A stretch of 64,000 nt of DNA from Actinomycetota bacterium. Its GTDB lineage: Bacteria > Actinomycetota > JAICYB01. Shown here piece after piece: positions 38,170-47,200 of this stretch. A program made the position numbers and the translations under genes. The DNA is taken from contig JBBDRJ010000018.1 in the NCBI GenBank assembly GCA_040905525.1, forward strand, positions 88,769 to 152,768. Direction: 5' to 3'. Under the pieces are notes generated by a model. The model was not told the origin of the DNA. It ran no database searches and saw nothing but the letters and a program-made list of their open reading frames with translations. Position 1 is the first letter of the stretch; the number at the start of each line of letters is the position of its first letter.

Positions 38170-39333
38170 ATGAACACCTACCGGCGCATACAGGCTGATC
38201 CGGCTGATTACTTCGCGGCCGAGGAAGTCAAGAAGGCAAAGGACTATCAGCGGCCGCTCACGGTGGCGCGCGCGATCTCGCTCGTGCTCAACGCCGGTCT
38301 TATCGTGGCCGTGATATCGACCGACGCAGCGCCGCGTCTGGCGGATGCTGCCGGCATCGATGCGTGGCCGCTGCGGCTGCTGTTCGTCCTTATCTTGTTG
38401 ACGCTGGCTCTCACGATCATCGATCTGCCCATCTCGATCTGGACGACCTTCTCCCACGAACGCAAATGGGAGTTCTCAACCGAGACCCCGGGCGGATTCG
38501 TTGGGGACGAGGTCAAAGGCTTCGTGCTGGGGATAGTGCTTCAGGGAGCGCTCTTCCTGACGCTGTGGTGGCTCATCCAAACGACCGAACTTTGGTGGCT
38601 GGCCGGGTGGGCCGCGTTCTTCCTCTTCAGTGTGGTTCTGGCGTTCCTGTTCCCGATCGTCATCATGCCGATCTTCAACAAGTTCACGCCGCTGGAAGAC
38701 GAAGGTCTTGCGACGAGGCTGCGCGCATTGGCCGAGGGAGTCGGGATGCGCATCAGCGGCGTTCAGGTAATGGATGCCTCCAAGCGGACGCGCAAGGACA
38801 ACGCTTTCTTCGCCGGGCTCGGCGGTTCACGCCGCATCGTGATCTTCGACAACCTCTTGTCCCAGCCCGCCGACGTGATCGCGAGCATCGTCGCCCACGA
38901 GCTCGGTCACTGGCGCCGCCGCCACGTGGCGAAGGGGATCGTGCTGGGCACCGTCACGTCGCTCTCGTTGTTCGTGGTTCTGCGTTTCGTAGCGTCGTGG
39001 GATGCAGCGCTCGATTGGGCCGGTGTCTCGAGCGTCCGTGATCCGGCGGCTCTGCCTCTCGTCCTGCTCGTCTTCGCCCCCGTCAGCTCGGCTATCGGCA
39101 TCGTGCAGGCTTGGATCTCTCGTGCGCACGAGCGACAGGCCGATATCGATGCGTTGGAGATCACCAACGACCGCGAGGCCTTCGCAGAGACCCACCGAGG
39201 ACTTTCGACTCGAAACCTCATCGACCTCGCGCCCTCGTGGTGGCGATACGTCCGAGCGAGCCACCCGCCGCCGGCCGAGCGTCTTCGGCTGGCCGATGAA
39301 TGGCGCCCCTCCGAGCGATCGAAAGTAAGCTGA
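38170..39333 (+). CDS. M48 family zinc metallopeptidase (Ste24/HtpX-like)
   Basis: ORF 37927..39333; start at ATG 38170 (MNTYRRIQADPADYF); HExxH motif VAHELGHW, multi-TM N-terminal half. Confidence 0.8.
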   Translation: MNTYRRIQADPADYFAAEEVKKAKDYQRPLTVARAISLVLNAGLIVAVISTDAAPRLADAAGIDAWPLRLLFVLILLTLALTIIDLPISIWTTFSHERKWEFSTETPGGFVGDEVKGFVLGIVLQGALFLTLWWLIQTTELWWLAGWAAFFLFSVVLAFLFPIVIMPIFNKFTPLEDEGLATRLRALAEGVGMRISGVQVMDASKRTRKDNAFFAGLGGSRRIVIFDNLLSQPADVIASIVAHELGHWRRRHVAKGIVLGTVTSLSLFVVLRFVASWDAALDWAGVSSVRDPAALPLVLLVFAPVSSAIGIVQAWISRAHERQADIDALEITNDREAFAETHRGLSTRNLIDLAPSWWRYVRASHPPPAERLRLADEWRPSERSKVS

Positions 39334-39338
39334 GGCCC

Positions 39339-40280
39339 GTGGCCTACGCTCCGCCCGACACACGTCCTCCACACCGCTCGACGGCCGATCGCATCGTGCG
39401 CGTCATCGGCGTCCTCGGCCGGATCTTCGTGGCGGCCGGGCTGGTCCTGCTCTTCTTCACCGGCTATCTGCTGTGGGGCACCGGTGTCTACACCAAACAG
39501 CAGCAGGTGGATGCCAAGAAGGTGCTCGAAAGCAATCCGATAGTCGACCAAGCAGAGATATCAGAAGGCGATATTCCACCGGCCCGGCCCCCACAAGGCT
39601 TGAAGCTGGGGGACCCGCTGTTCTCGATCAAGATCCCGAAGATCGGTCTGGACACGGCGATCGTCCAAGGCGTGGGACGCGAGGAGCTCAAGAAGGGTCC
39701 GGGATTGTTCCCCGACTGCGACGAGTACGGCGGCAGGGACTGCGTGCCCGAGGCTAAGTATCCCGGCGAGAACGGCAATGTGGCCATCTCAGGCCACCGC
39801 ACTACATACGGCGCTCCCTTCTACCGCATCCAGGAGCTGGCCCAGGGAGACATCATCGACTTCATCTCCGGCCGCGCGCGGTACCGCTACAAGGTGCGGG
39901 GCTCGGAGATCGTGGATCCGGTGGCCGGCTTCAACGTTGTGCTCCAGCACGGCAAAGACGAGCTCACGCTAACGACCTGTCACCCGCGGTTCTCGGCGGC
40001 GCAGCGGTTGATCATCAACGCAGATTACGTCGGTGCATCGTTGGTGGCAGCGCCGCAGGGTCCCACCGGCGGCGGCGCGCGGCCGAGCGCTCAGCCTGTC
40101 GTGGGCGCCGACGTTCTGATCCTCGCCAGCATCGCTCTCGCCAGCGCTTTAGCATCGCTCGGACTATCGAAGCGCTACAAGCATGTTGCCGCCTACATCG
40201 CGCTCGGCCTGGCAGGCGCAGCCGGCCTGTGGATAGGCGTGTTCCCGCGAGTGATCGCGCTTATGCCGGCGAACTACTGA
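39339..40280 (+). CDS. Class E sortase
   Basis: ORF 39300..40280; GTG 39339 (after GAGG) avoids overlap with the upstream gene, ATG 39300 also possible; N-terminal TM anchor, catalytic region TLTTCHPRFSAAQRLII, C-terminal TM. Confidence 0.65.
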   Translation: MAYAPPDTRPPHRSTADRIVRVIGVLGRIFVAAGLVLLFFTGYLLWGTGVYTKQQQVDAKKVLESNPIVDQAEISEGDIPPARPPQGLKLGDPLFSIKIPKIGLDTAIVQGVGREELKKGPGLFPDCDEYGGRDCVPEAKYPGENGNVAISGHRTTYGAPFYRIQELAQGDIIDFISGRARYRYKVRGSEIVDPVAGFNVVLQHGKDELTLTTCHPRFSAAQRLIINADYVGASLVAAPQGPTGGGARPSAQPVVGADVLILASIALASALASLGLSKRYKHVAAYIALGLAGAAGLWIGVFPRVIALMPANY

Positions 40281-40284
40281 CCAA

Positions 40285-40686
40285 CTAAGCCTTGCGACGA
40301 GTTCGCGTACGTGTCGGCGCGGCCGGCTTACTAGACTCGGCGGCGATCTCGGCCCTCAGCCGGACCGATTGCTGCCAGTGCCACCAGAAGATGGCCGCCG
40401 CGGCGAGGGCGAATATGCCGTTCTCGGCGAGTGACGCGATGCCGCGATCGCGTTCGGCGTCGCCGGTGTCGAAGCCGCCGCTCCTGATCAAGGGGGCGTC
40501 TTCATCTACGAGCGTGGGAAATGCGAATCCGGAGTCACCGCCTTGCGCTGTTGTTCCGGGTGCGGCGATGCGGATGAGCGCGTAGACCGCGCTCGCCGAA
40601 GAGAACAGGACGACGACGACGGTCACCAGGCAGACGGCGTACAGGTAGATCTGGAAGGCTCGGCGGCCCGGTCGTTCGTCAGGCAT
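40285..40686 (-). CDS. Hypothetical small membrane protein
   Basis: 133 aa, two predicted TM segments; overlaps the upstream gene by 8 nt; no recognisable motif. Confidence 0.4.
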   Translation of the reverse strand: MPDERPGRRAFQIYLYAVCLVTVVVVLFSSASAVYALIRIAAPGTTAQGGDSGFAFPTLVDEDAPLIRSGGFDTGDAERDRGIASLAENGIFALAAAAIFWWHWQQSVRLRAEIAAESSKPAAPTRTRTRRKA

Positions 40687-41269
40687 CGCGTTTCTCCTCT
40701 TCCAAGAGCCGTTGTCCGGCTCGCGCGTGGAACATCATGATTCCCAAAGCAACGATCAAGATCGTGCCGCTCTCCGCTGCCTGCCTTCCGGCACCGCTTC
40801 GAGCACCCGATGCCATGCAGGCGGGTGTGCGCACGTCGCCGAACTCGGGTCGCACCGGCTGAGGCGGCCTGACGGGCGAGATCTGTCCCGCGACAGGCGG
40901 TTCACTCGCAGCGCCCAGCCGCGCTGAGCTCTCCAGCTGTCTGCGGATCCCGGGCGGCAGTTGGTCGAGGAATTCCCCGGGGGGTGGGACATCGATGGTC
41001 TCTTCGTCCGTGAAGGCCGGCTCGGTACACGAGTAACCGAGGGGTTGATCGGCGATGGCCGCGGCGATGGACGACGTCAGGCCCCTCAGAGACGCGAACG
41101 CGGCAAGGAACGAAACGAACAGCACTATTCCGAGGTAAGCCGTGTAGGGATTTCGCAGGGGCGCTTCGTCGCGCCGGCCCAGCACCAGCCATACACCGAG
41201 GACGACGAAGGCCGCTATCCCGAGGACGAGAAGACCAGCGAGCAGGGGGAGCGCTCCGCCGAGCAGCAT
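40679..41269 (-). CDS. Hypothetical membrane protein
   Basis: 196 aa with 2-3 hydrophobic segments and a Pro-rich linker; divergent from the ECF sigma gene. Confidence 0.4.
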   Translation of the reverse strand: MLLGGALPLLAGLLVLGIAAFVVLGVWLVLGRRDEAPLRNPYTAYLGIVLFVSFLAAFASLRGLTSSIAAAIADQPLGYSCTEPAFTDEETIDVPPPGEFLDQLPPGIRRQLESSARLGAASEPPVAGQISPVRPPQPVRPEFGDVRTPACMASGARSGAGRQAAESGTILIVALGIMMFHARAGQRLLEEEKRDA

Positions 41270-41381
41270 CGCTGGAAATCATACGCGTGAGGCCGAAATA
41301 CACAACCCGACCCCGCGGGTTCCATTGGAAGTGCCGCTTCCGCGAGGTGCAGGTCGTGTCGGTAGGGTTGGAGCAACGGCC

Positions 41382-41942
41382 ATGGAGAGCGGCAACGAGG
41401 TAGCCAAAAGCGACGAAGAACAGGTTCGGCGCTTCGAGGAGTTGATCGTTCCTGAGATGCCGTTCCTTGCACGGATCGCGCGAGCGATGTCCCACTCGCA
41501 GGCCGAGGCCGACGACCTCGCCCAGGAGACCTTGGTCAAGGCCTTTCGGGCCATCGAGCGGTTCGACGGACGCTATCCCCGCGCCTGGCTCACGCGGATC
41601 GCTCGCAACACGGCGATCAATCGAGACCAGAGAAACCGCGAGTTCCTGCTCGCCGACGAGGGCGTCGTGGAGCCGGAGCCCGCACCCGACGAGGTCACCG
41701 ACCCCGAGGACATCGTCGTCGGACAACAGATGGACGAGACACTCCGGGCCGCTCTTGACGACCTGCCGCCGGACTTTCGGATCGTCGTCCAGCTCGTGGA
41801 CGTCGAGGACATGACCTACCAGGAAGCTGCCGACGTGCTGGACATTCCCATCGGGACGGTAATGAGCCGGCTGCATCGGGCGCGAACGCGCCTGCGTCGC
41901 GCGCTTAGCGGCACATCCCTGGACCGTGGGGCGGCGCTATGA
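41382..41942 (+). CDS. ECF (sigma-70 family) RNA polymerase sigma factor, SigR/SigH-like
   Basis: ORF 41325..41942; start at ATG 41382 after GGAG; region 2 (ETLVKAFRAIERFDGRYPRAWLTRIARNTAIN) and region 4 (MTYQEAADVLDIPIGTVMSRLHRAR); paired with a ZAS anti-sigma gene. Confidence 0.8.
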   Translation: MESGNEVAKSDEEQVRRFEELIVPEMPFLARIARAMSHSQAEADDLAQETLVKAFRAIERFDGRYPRAWLTRIARNTAINRDQRNREFLLADEGVVEPEPAPDEVTDPEDIVVGQQMDETLRAALDDLPPDFRIVVQLVDVEDMTYQEAADVLDIPIGTVMSRLHRARTRLRRALSGTSLDRGAAL

Positions 41943-42226
41943 GCTTGATCGCCTACGTCCCGGGGACGCACGCCTGGCGAAAACGCCGGCATGACGAGCT
42001 GTGCCGTGACACCTACGAGCACATCCAGGAGATCGTCGACGGCGAGATGACCCCGAGCAAAGCCAAGCAACTCAAGGCCCACCTCGACGCTTGTGAGGGA
42101 TGCGAGGTCGAGGCCGAGGTGATCCGCTCGCTTAAGGAAGCGATCGCGCGAGTTGGTCAGCAGACCGACCAGCAGTGCGTGCGGCGTCTGGACGACCTGG
42201 CCCGCCGGCTCTGCTCCGGCGAATAG
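41939..42226 (+). CDS. Zinc-binding anti-sigma factor (ZAS family, RsrA/RshA-like)
   Basis: 95 aa; ATGA overlap with the sigma gene; ZAS motif C...H-x3-C-x2-C (ELCRDTYEHI...HLDACEGC). Confidence 0.7.
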   Translation: MSLIAYVPGTHAWRKRRHDELCRDTYEHIQEIVDGEMTPSKAKQLKAHLDACEGCEVEAEVIRSLKEAIARVGQQTDQQCVRRLDDLARRLCSGE

Positions 42227-42250
42227 CTCGCGACCGCCAACGCTTCGCTT

Positions 42251-42898
42251 GTGGTAGCCGCGGGCGCGGCGGCCTGCCCCGTAGGATTCCTCATCGTGGG
42301 AGATCTGGGGTTGCTGATGGCTTTGCGCGTCCAGGGGATCGCCTCGCCGGTGCGCGCATCTGTAGCGTCGGGCGACGAGCTTTCCGCTGTAACGGCTCGA
42401 CTGACCGAACTCGTTTCGGAGGAGGTCGTGACCGAGCGCTCCGGACGGCACGTGGGCTTCACGCTCACGAACAAAGGCGCCGAGCTCCTCGGCCAGCTCC
42501 TGTCCGAGGAGGGACTACGCGCAAACGAGCGGCTTCAACATTGCTACAACAGGTTCCTCATGGTGAATGAGTCCGTTCTCCAGGCCTGCTCCGATTGGCA
42601 GGTTCGCCGCGATAGTGGCATGAACATCCCAAACGACCACTCCGATCCGTCCTACGACCATGCAGTGATCGACGCTCTCGTCGAGTTGCACGGCCGGACC
42701 AAACGCTTCTTGAAGCAGATGGCGGCGTGCTCCGCACGCTTCCTGCTGTACGAGGCGCGGTTGGACGACTGCGTCGAGCGCCTGCTTTGCGGCGATCGAA
42801 CGGCGTTCAATGCGCTGTTGGTTGAGAGCTACCACACGGTGTGGTTCGAGCTTCACCAGGACCTGATGCTGACGCTCGGCTTGGAACGGGAGGGGTAA
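42251..42898 (+). CDS. Hypothetical protein (possible winged-helix N-terminus, Cys-containing C-terminal domain)
   Basis: 215 aa ORF (start may be the internal Met near 42317); no recognisable catalytic motif; immediately downstream of the sigma/anti-sigma pair. Confidence 0.4.
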   Translation: MVAAGAAACPVGFLIVGDLGLLMALRVQGIASPVRASVASGDELSAVTARLTELVSEEVVTERSGRHVGFTLTNKGAELLGQLLSEEGLRANERLQHCYNRFLMVNESVLQACSDWQVRRDSGMNIPNDHSDPSYDHAVIDALVELHGRTKRFLKQMAACSARFLLYEARLDDCVERLLCGDRTAFNALLVESYHTVWFELHQDLMLTLGLEREG

Positions 42899-43503
42899 TG
42901 GAACTCGTCCTCGTCCGACACGCTTTGCCGGTCCGCATAATCAACGCGGAGGGTGCCGCCGATCCTCCACTGACGGAGCTCGGACGTCGGCAAGCCCAGG
43001 CCGTCGCCACGTGGTTGGGGGCCGAGCGGTTCGATGCCTTGTACGCGAGCCCGTTGGTGCGCGCGCGAGAGACGGCCGAACCGCTCTCCTCATCCCTCGG
43101 TCTCGATGTTCAGATCGAGGACGGCATCGCGGAGTACGACCGCCGATCGGAGACCTATATCCCGATCGAAGAGGTGAAGAGCAGCGACGACCCTGAGATC
43201 CAGGCGCACTGGCGTGCGCTGGCTGAGGATCGGCTCGAGGATCTGATCGAAGACGCGCACACCTTCAGGCCGCGCGTGGTCGACGCCGTCACCCGCATCA
43301 TCGCCAAGCATGCCGGCGAGCGTGTGCTCGCCGTGTGTCACGGCGGCGTTATCAACGTGGCGCTTGCGGAGGTCATCGGACTACAGCGAAGCTTGTGGTT
43401 CGAACCGGCGTACGCATCCATCCATCGTGTGGTTGCCTCGCGCGCCGGCATCCGTAGCATTGCGAGCATCAACGAAACAGGTCACTTGCGCGGTCTCGAC
43501 TAA
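42898..43503 (+). CDS. Histidine phosphatase family protein (phosphoglycerate mutase-like)
   Basis: ORF 42841..43503; start at ATG 42898 (MELVLVRHALP = RHG-type motif), overlapping the upstream stop. Confidence 0.75.
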   Translation: MELVLVRHALPVRIINAEGAADPPLTELGRRQAQAVATWLGAERFDALYASPLVRARETAEPLSSSLGLDVQIEDGIAEYDRRSETYIPIEEVKSSDDPEIQAHWRALAEDRLEDLIEDAHTFRPRVVDAVTRIIAKHAGERVLAVCHGGVINVALAEVIGLQRSLWFEPAYASIHRVVASRAGIRSIASINETGHLRGLD

Positions 43504-45113
43504 GCCCGTTCGAGCACCTTCACGAATCCGGCGGAGCCGTCCACCTCGACGGTGTCGCCGTCGTGCAGCACCGAACACGCTCCCGTCGCCGCAACCACGG
43601 CCGGGATCCCGAGCTCACGTGCGACGATGACGGCGTGCGACAACTCGCCGCCGACTTCGACGACGACGGCGGCAGCCGGGATGAACATCGGCGTCCACCC
43701 AGGGTCGGTTATCGGAGCCACGAGGACCTCGCCGGGCGATGGAGGCGTGCTGCGGTATGGATCGAGAACGACACGTACTCGTCCTTTCGCCGTCCCCGGG
43801 CTCCCGGCGACGCCGCGAAGCTCGTCGACCGGTCCGGCGTGGGCGGCTACGCCCACATGCAACCAGTCCTCGATCGGCGGAACCTCGCCGAACACGACGA
43901 GCGGTGCCGCCAGCTTGGAGAGCTCTTCGAAGCGTTTCGTTCTTGACGCCAGGTCGTGCGGCAGCTCGCCGTCGAGTGCTGCGGTGTAGAGCTCGGCAAA
44001 GGTCAGCATGAAGACCTGTCCGGGGTCGGTCAGGACCTTCCTATCGAGGAGCCTTTTGGTCAGCTCGTGCGCGTCCAGCCTGGCTTCGTTCAGCAGGACG
44101 ATGCAGTTCGTCTTCGTTCGTTCTCGCCCTGGGATGTAGAACTTCGCCGCTTCGAGCCAGAAGCCGAGCTCGGGCCAATCCTTGCCGAGGGCTCCTTCGA
44201 CCTCAACGAGCGCCGAGGTGCGGATGTCCTCGATCGGACGCTTGGGCTCTGCCCCCTTGGCCTTGTCGATCAGCGATCCAACGACGTCCGGAACGAGTTC
44301 CCACGACGGCGTTGCGAGCTCCCATTCGTTCGCGCCACGGAAGCCGTGATCGATGATGAAGTCGTTGAAGCGGATGTCGAAGTCGTGGCCCTCGAGCCTG
44401 GCCAGTTCGGCGATCTCCTTGGCCGGGCCGGCCGAGTCGACGTCCCCCAGGCCGCTGACGATGCGTCGCGCCAGGTCGTCTCCCCGTTCACCCAGAACCT
44501 GGCGCAGGCCTTGCTGAAGGCCGCCGAAAGCCACGCTGGAAAGACTGGACGTGAGGATGTGGTCGTAGAACAACGTTTCGACGCGATCGGCCATGTTCTC
44601 CATGTTGGTGAGTAAAGCGATGTCGGTTTGTCCCGACCGGCGGTCGCGCGAGATCCGGCGGAACGCAGCAGCCATCGCACGGTCGGCTTCCACGGCAGCC
44701 ATGGGCGGGTTCTTGAGCAACGAGGAGACCCCGAGCTCACAACGCTTCCGTCGCTCTTCGTAGCCGGGCTCAGCCGGTGGTTCGTGGGACGGAAGCTTCA
44801 CGCCGATGGCGAAGAATTGGTGGTCGATCTCCTCCGGTGATGTTCCGGGGGACAGATCCGCGGCGCGCCTGATGAGCGACAGGTTCAGGTATGCGTACGA
44901 GCCGAAGAACCCGAGGATGCGGAACTCGTGGTCGGACGGGTCGATGACGGGGAGGTCGCGGGTCCACAGGCGTCGCCAGCCGCGCTCTAGACGGGGGGTG
45001 AACAGCGTCCGTGTTAGCGGAGTGACGGCCGTCGGGAAGACCTCGCCGATGTTGCCCCTCGTGTACAGCGGGAACTGCTGGTCGGGCTCGGTGTCGAAAG
45101 GCCAGAGCGCCAT
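43500..45113 (-). CDS. PEP-utilising enzyme mobile (swivel) domain protein
   Basis: 537 aa; C-terminal phospho-histidine swivel domain GSPGTAKGRVRVV...VLVAPITDPGWTPMF...GGELSHAVIVARELGIPAVV; no recognisable ATP-grasp N-domain. Confidence 0.65.
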   Translation of the reverse strand: MALWPFDTEPDQQFPLYTRGNIGEVFPTAVTPLTRTLFTPRLERGWRRLWTRDLPVIDPSDHEFRILGFFGSYAYLNLSLIRRAADLSPGTSPEEIDHQFFAIGVKLPSHEPPAEPGYEERRKRCELGVSSLLKNPPMAAVEADRAMAAAFRRISRDRRSGQTDIALLTNMENMADRVETLFYDHILTSSLSSVAFGGLQQGLRQVLGERGDDLARRIVSGLGDVDSAGPAKEIAELARLEGHDFDIRFNDFIIDHGFRGANEWELATPSWELVPDVVGSLIDKAKGAEPKRPIEDIRTSALVEVEGALGKDWPELGFWLEAAKFYIPGRERTKTNCIVLLNEARLDAHELTKRLLDRKVLTDPGQVFMLTFAELYTAALDGELPHDLASRTKRFEELSKLAAPLVVFGEVPPIEDWLHVGVAAHAGPVDELRGVAGSPGTAKGRVRVVLDPYRSTPPSPGEVLVAPITDPGWTPMFIPAAAVVVEVGGELSHAVIVARELGIPAVVAATGACSVLHDGDTVEVDGSAGFVKVLERA

Positions 45114-45245
45114 GGTCGCTCCTTTTCGTATGCCCTAGGTTTACCGCGTGGGTGCCGCCTGCGACAACGGCGGTTGGTTGACGGCAGGCCAAAGTGGTGC
45201 TGGTATCAGCGGTCCAGAGCTGTGCGTTGAAAGGGTGGAATCCAA

Positions 45246-46706
45246 ATGGCCATCGACGCACCGGATCGCGCAGCAACCGTCGGACCCACATTGCCCGAAT
45301 GGACCCGCCCGGCGACGCCGGTCGGTCCGTTACTCGCCGCCGCCATCGTCATCGCCGCCGTCGCCTTCGACATCGCCGCGCGTTCGCAGGCCGTGGGTGT
45401 CGGTGCATCGATACTGATCGCGACCTTCGCCGGTGTATTGTTCGCAACCGGTCACCTGGAGAATGCGCAGAGCCGCGGACTTGCGTTGGTGGCCGTTGGC
45501 TTCGGCGCTCTGCTCTCGATCCGAACGAGCCCTTGGCTCGTACCCTTCGACGTCCTGGCCTCGATCGGGTGTCTGGTTGCTGCGGCTTCTCTCGCGCAAG
45601 GCGGGAGCCTCTTGGACATATCCGGACCGAAGGCGGTGCTCCGCGGTGTGCACGCCGGGGTCAACGGCCTGTTCGGGCTCGGCTACGTCACGCGCGGGCG
45701 TGGGACGAAGTTTGCGCCCGCGATGCGCGGTTTGGCGATCGCCATTCCCCTGGCCGTCGTTGTCGGGATCCTGCTCGCCTCGGGTGATGCCGTGTTCGCG
45801 TCCGCCTTCAAGTTCGACGCCGTCGATCTCGTCAGTCACATGCTCCTGCTCTTTTTCGGGCTGTGGCTGGCGGCGGGGCTGGCCCGAGTATGCGCAACGC
45901 CGAAGATAGACGAACCCGACGCGACGATGCCGCGGCTGGGCAAGGTGGAGTGGGCGATCGTTCTCGGCGCGCTCAATCTGGTGTATCTCGGCTTTGCCGT
46001 AGCACGCATCGTGGCCGTGTCCGAAGGTGGCGCTCGCGTTCTGAAGACGGCCGGCCTGACCTACGCTGAGTACGCGCGCTCAGGCTTCTTCGAGCTGCTG
46101 GCCGCCGCCGCCATCACTCTCGTCGCCCTGATCGTCCTGCGGGCTACTGCCGATGTATCGGAACCGAGATCGCGCGGGGTCTTCTCGGTCCTTGCGTGCT
46201 CGGTCATCGCGCTCAATCTGCTGGTCGTCGCTTCGGCGTTCCAGCGGCTTGCGCTCTACGAGCAGGCGTTCGGTCTTTCGATGCTCCGCTTTTACAGCAT
46301 GGTCTTCTGTATCTGGCTCGCCATCGCGCTCGTGGCGCTGGCTCTGTGGATCGCCGGCGTCGCAGGCCGGCGCCCCTGGTTCTGGTCGATAGCTGCTGGT
46401 ACCGCGCTCGCCTTGCTCCTTGCGCTGAACATCGCGAATCCGGAAGCGATCGTCGTTCGCCACAACGCGGGTGCGGATACCGTTGAGGGCTTCGACGCCG
46501 AGTACGCGAACGAGCTATCCGAGGACGCCGTTCCGGCCCTTAGCGATGCAGCTAAGGAAATGGACGAAGGAGCGAGGGGAGAGGTGGAGCGTCGACTTTG
46601 CCCGGCCCGTCCCCCTTCTGCCACCGGATGGAAGAGCTTCAATCTCAGCAGAGAGAACGCCGCTACGGCTCGCATCTTGTTTTGCTCTCGGTCCTCCGGG
46701 CGTTGA
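45246..46706 (+). CDS. Polytopic integral membrane protein, function unknown
   Basis: 486 aa, 10 or more hydrophobic segments; no catalytic motif recognised. Confidence 0.5.
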   Translation: MAIDAPDRAATVGPTLPEWTRPATPVGPLLAAAIVIAAVAFDIAARSQAVGVGASILIATFAGVLFATGHLENAQSRGLALVAVGFGALLSIRTSPWLVPFDVLASIGCLVAAASLAQGGSLLDISGPKAVLRGVHAGVNGLFGLGYVTRGRGTKFAPAMRGLAIAIPLAVVVGILLASGDAVFASAFKFDAVDLVSHMLLLFFGLWLAAGLARVCATPKIDEPDATMPRLGKVEWAIVLGALNLVYLGFAVARIVAVSEGGARVLKTAGLTYAEYARSGFFELLAAAAITLVALIVLRATADVSEPRSRGVFSVLACSVIALNLLVVASAFQRLALYEQAFGLSMLRFYSMVFCIWLAIALVALALWIAGVAGRRPWFWSIAAGTALALLLALNIANPEAIVVRHNAGADTVEGFDAEYANELSEDAVPALSDAAKEMDEGARGEVERRLCPARPPSATGWKSFNLSRENAATARILFCSRSSGR

Positions 46707-47200
46707 ACTTGCGGGACGCCCTCGACACCGACCTTCCTTTTCTCATCTCCATGTGGTTCGAAGCCGCTTTCTGGGATCCAGCCACTCGGCGCCCCACGAT
46801 CGAGCAGGCGCTGGCCGTGCCCGAGCTCGCCATCTACATCGACGGCTGGGGGAGGACGGGTGACGGCGCCGTGATCGCAACCGATGACGAACCGGTTGGA
46901 GCGGCCTGGTATCGCCTCTTCGCGGCCGAAAAGCCCGGCTACGGATTCGTCGACGAGCGCACGCCCGAGCTCGGGATCGGAGTAGTGGCCCACAGACGCC
47001 GCGAGGGCATCGGCGCCGCCCTTCTCGACGCGCTGTGCGAGCGCGCGACGTCGGACGGCTTCGAGCAGATCAGCCTCGCGGTGTCCGGCGGAAACAACGC
47101 GATACATCTCTACGAAAGGGCTGGATTCGTCGTCGTCTCGCCCGAGGGGACTGGCTGGAAGATGGTCAAGGCTCTAAGGGGTTCGTCCGGGGACGCATGA
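46703..47200 (+). CDS. GNAT family N-acetyltransferase
   Basis: ORF 46598..47200; TTG 46703 overlaps the upstream stop; acetyl-CoA binding motif RRREGIGAALLDAL. Confidence 0.65.
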   Translation: MNLRDALDTDLPFLISMWFEAAFWDPATRRPTIEQALAVPELAIYIDGWGRTGDGAVIATDDEPVGAAWYRLFAAEKPGYGFVDERTPELGIGVVAHRRREGIGAALLDALCERATSDGFEQISLAVSGGNNAIHLYERAGFVVVSPEGTGWKMVKALRGSSGDA

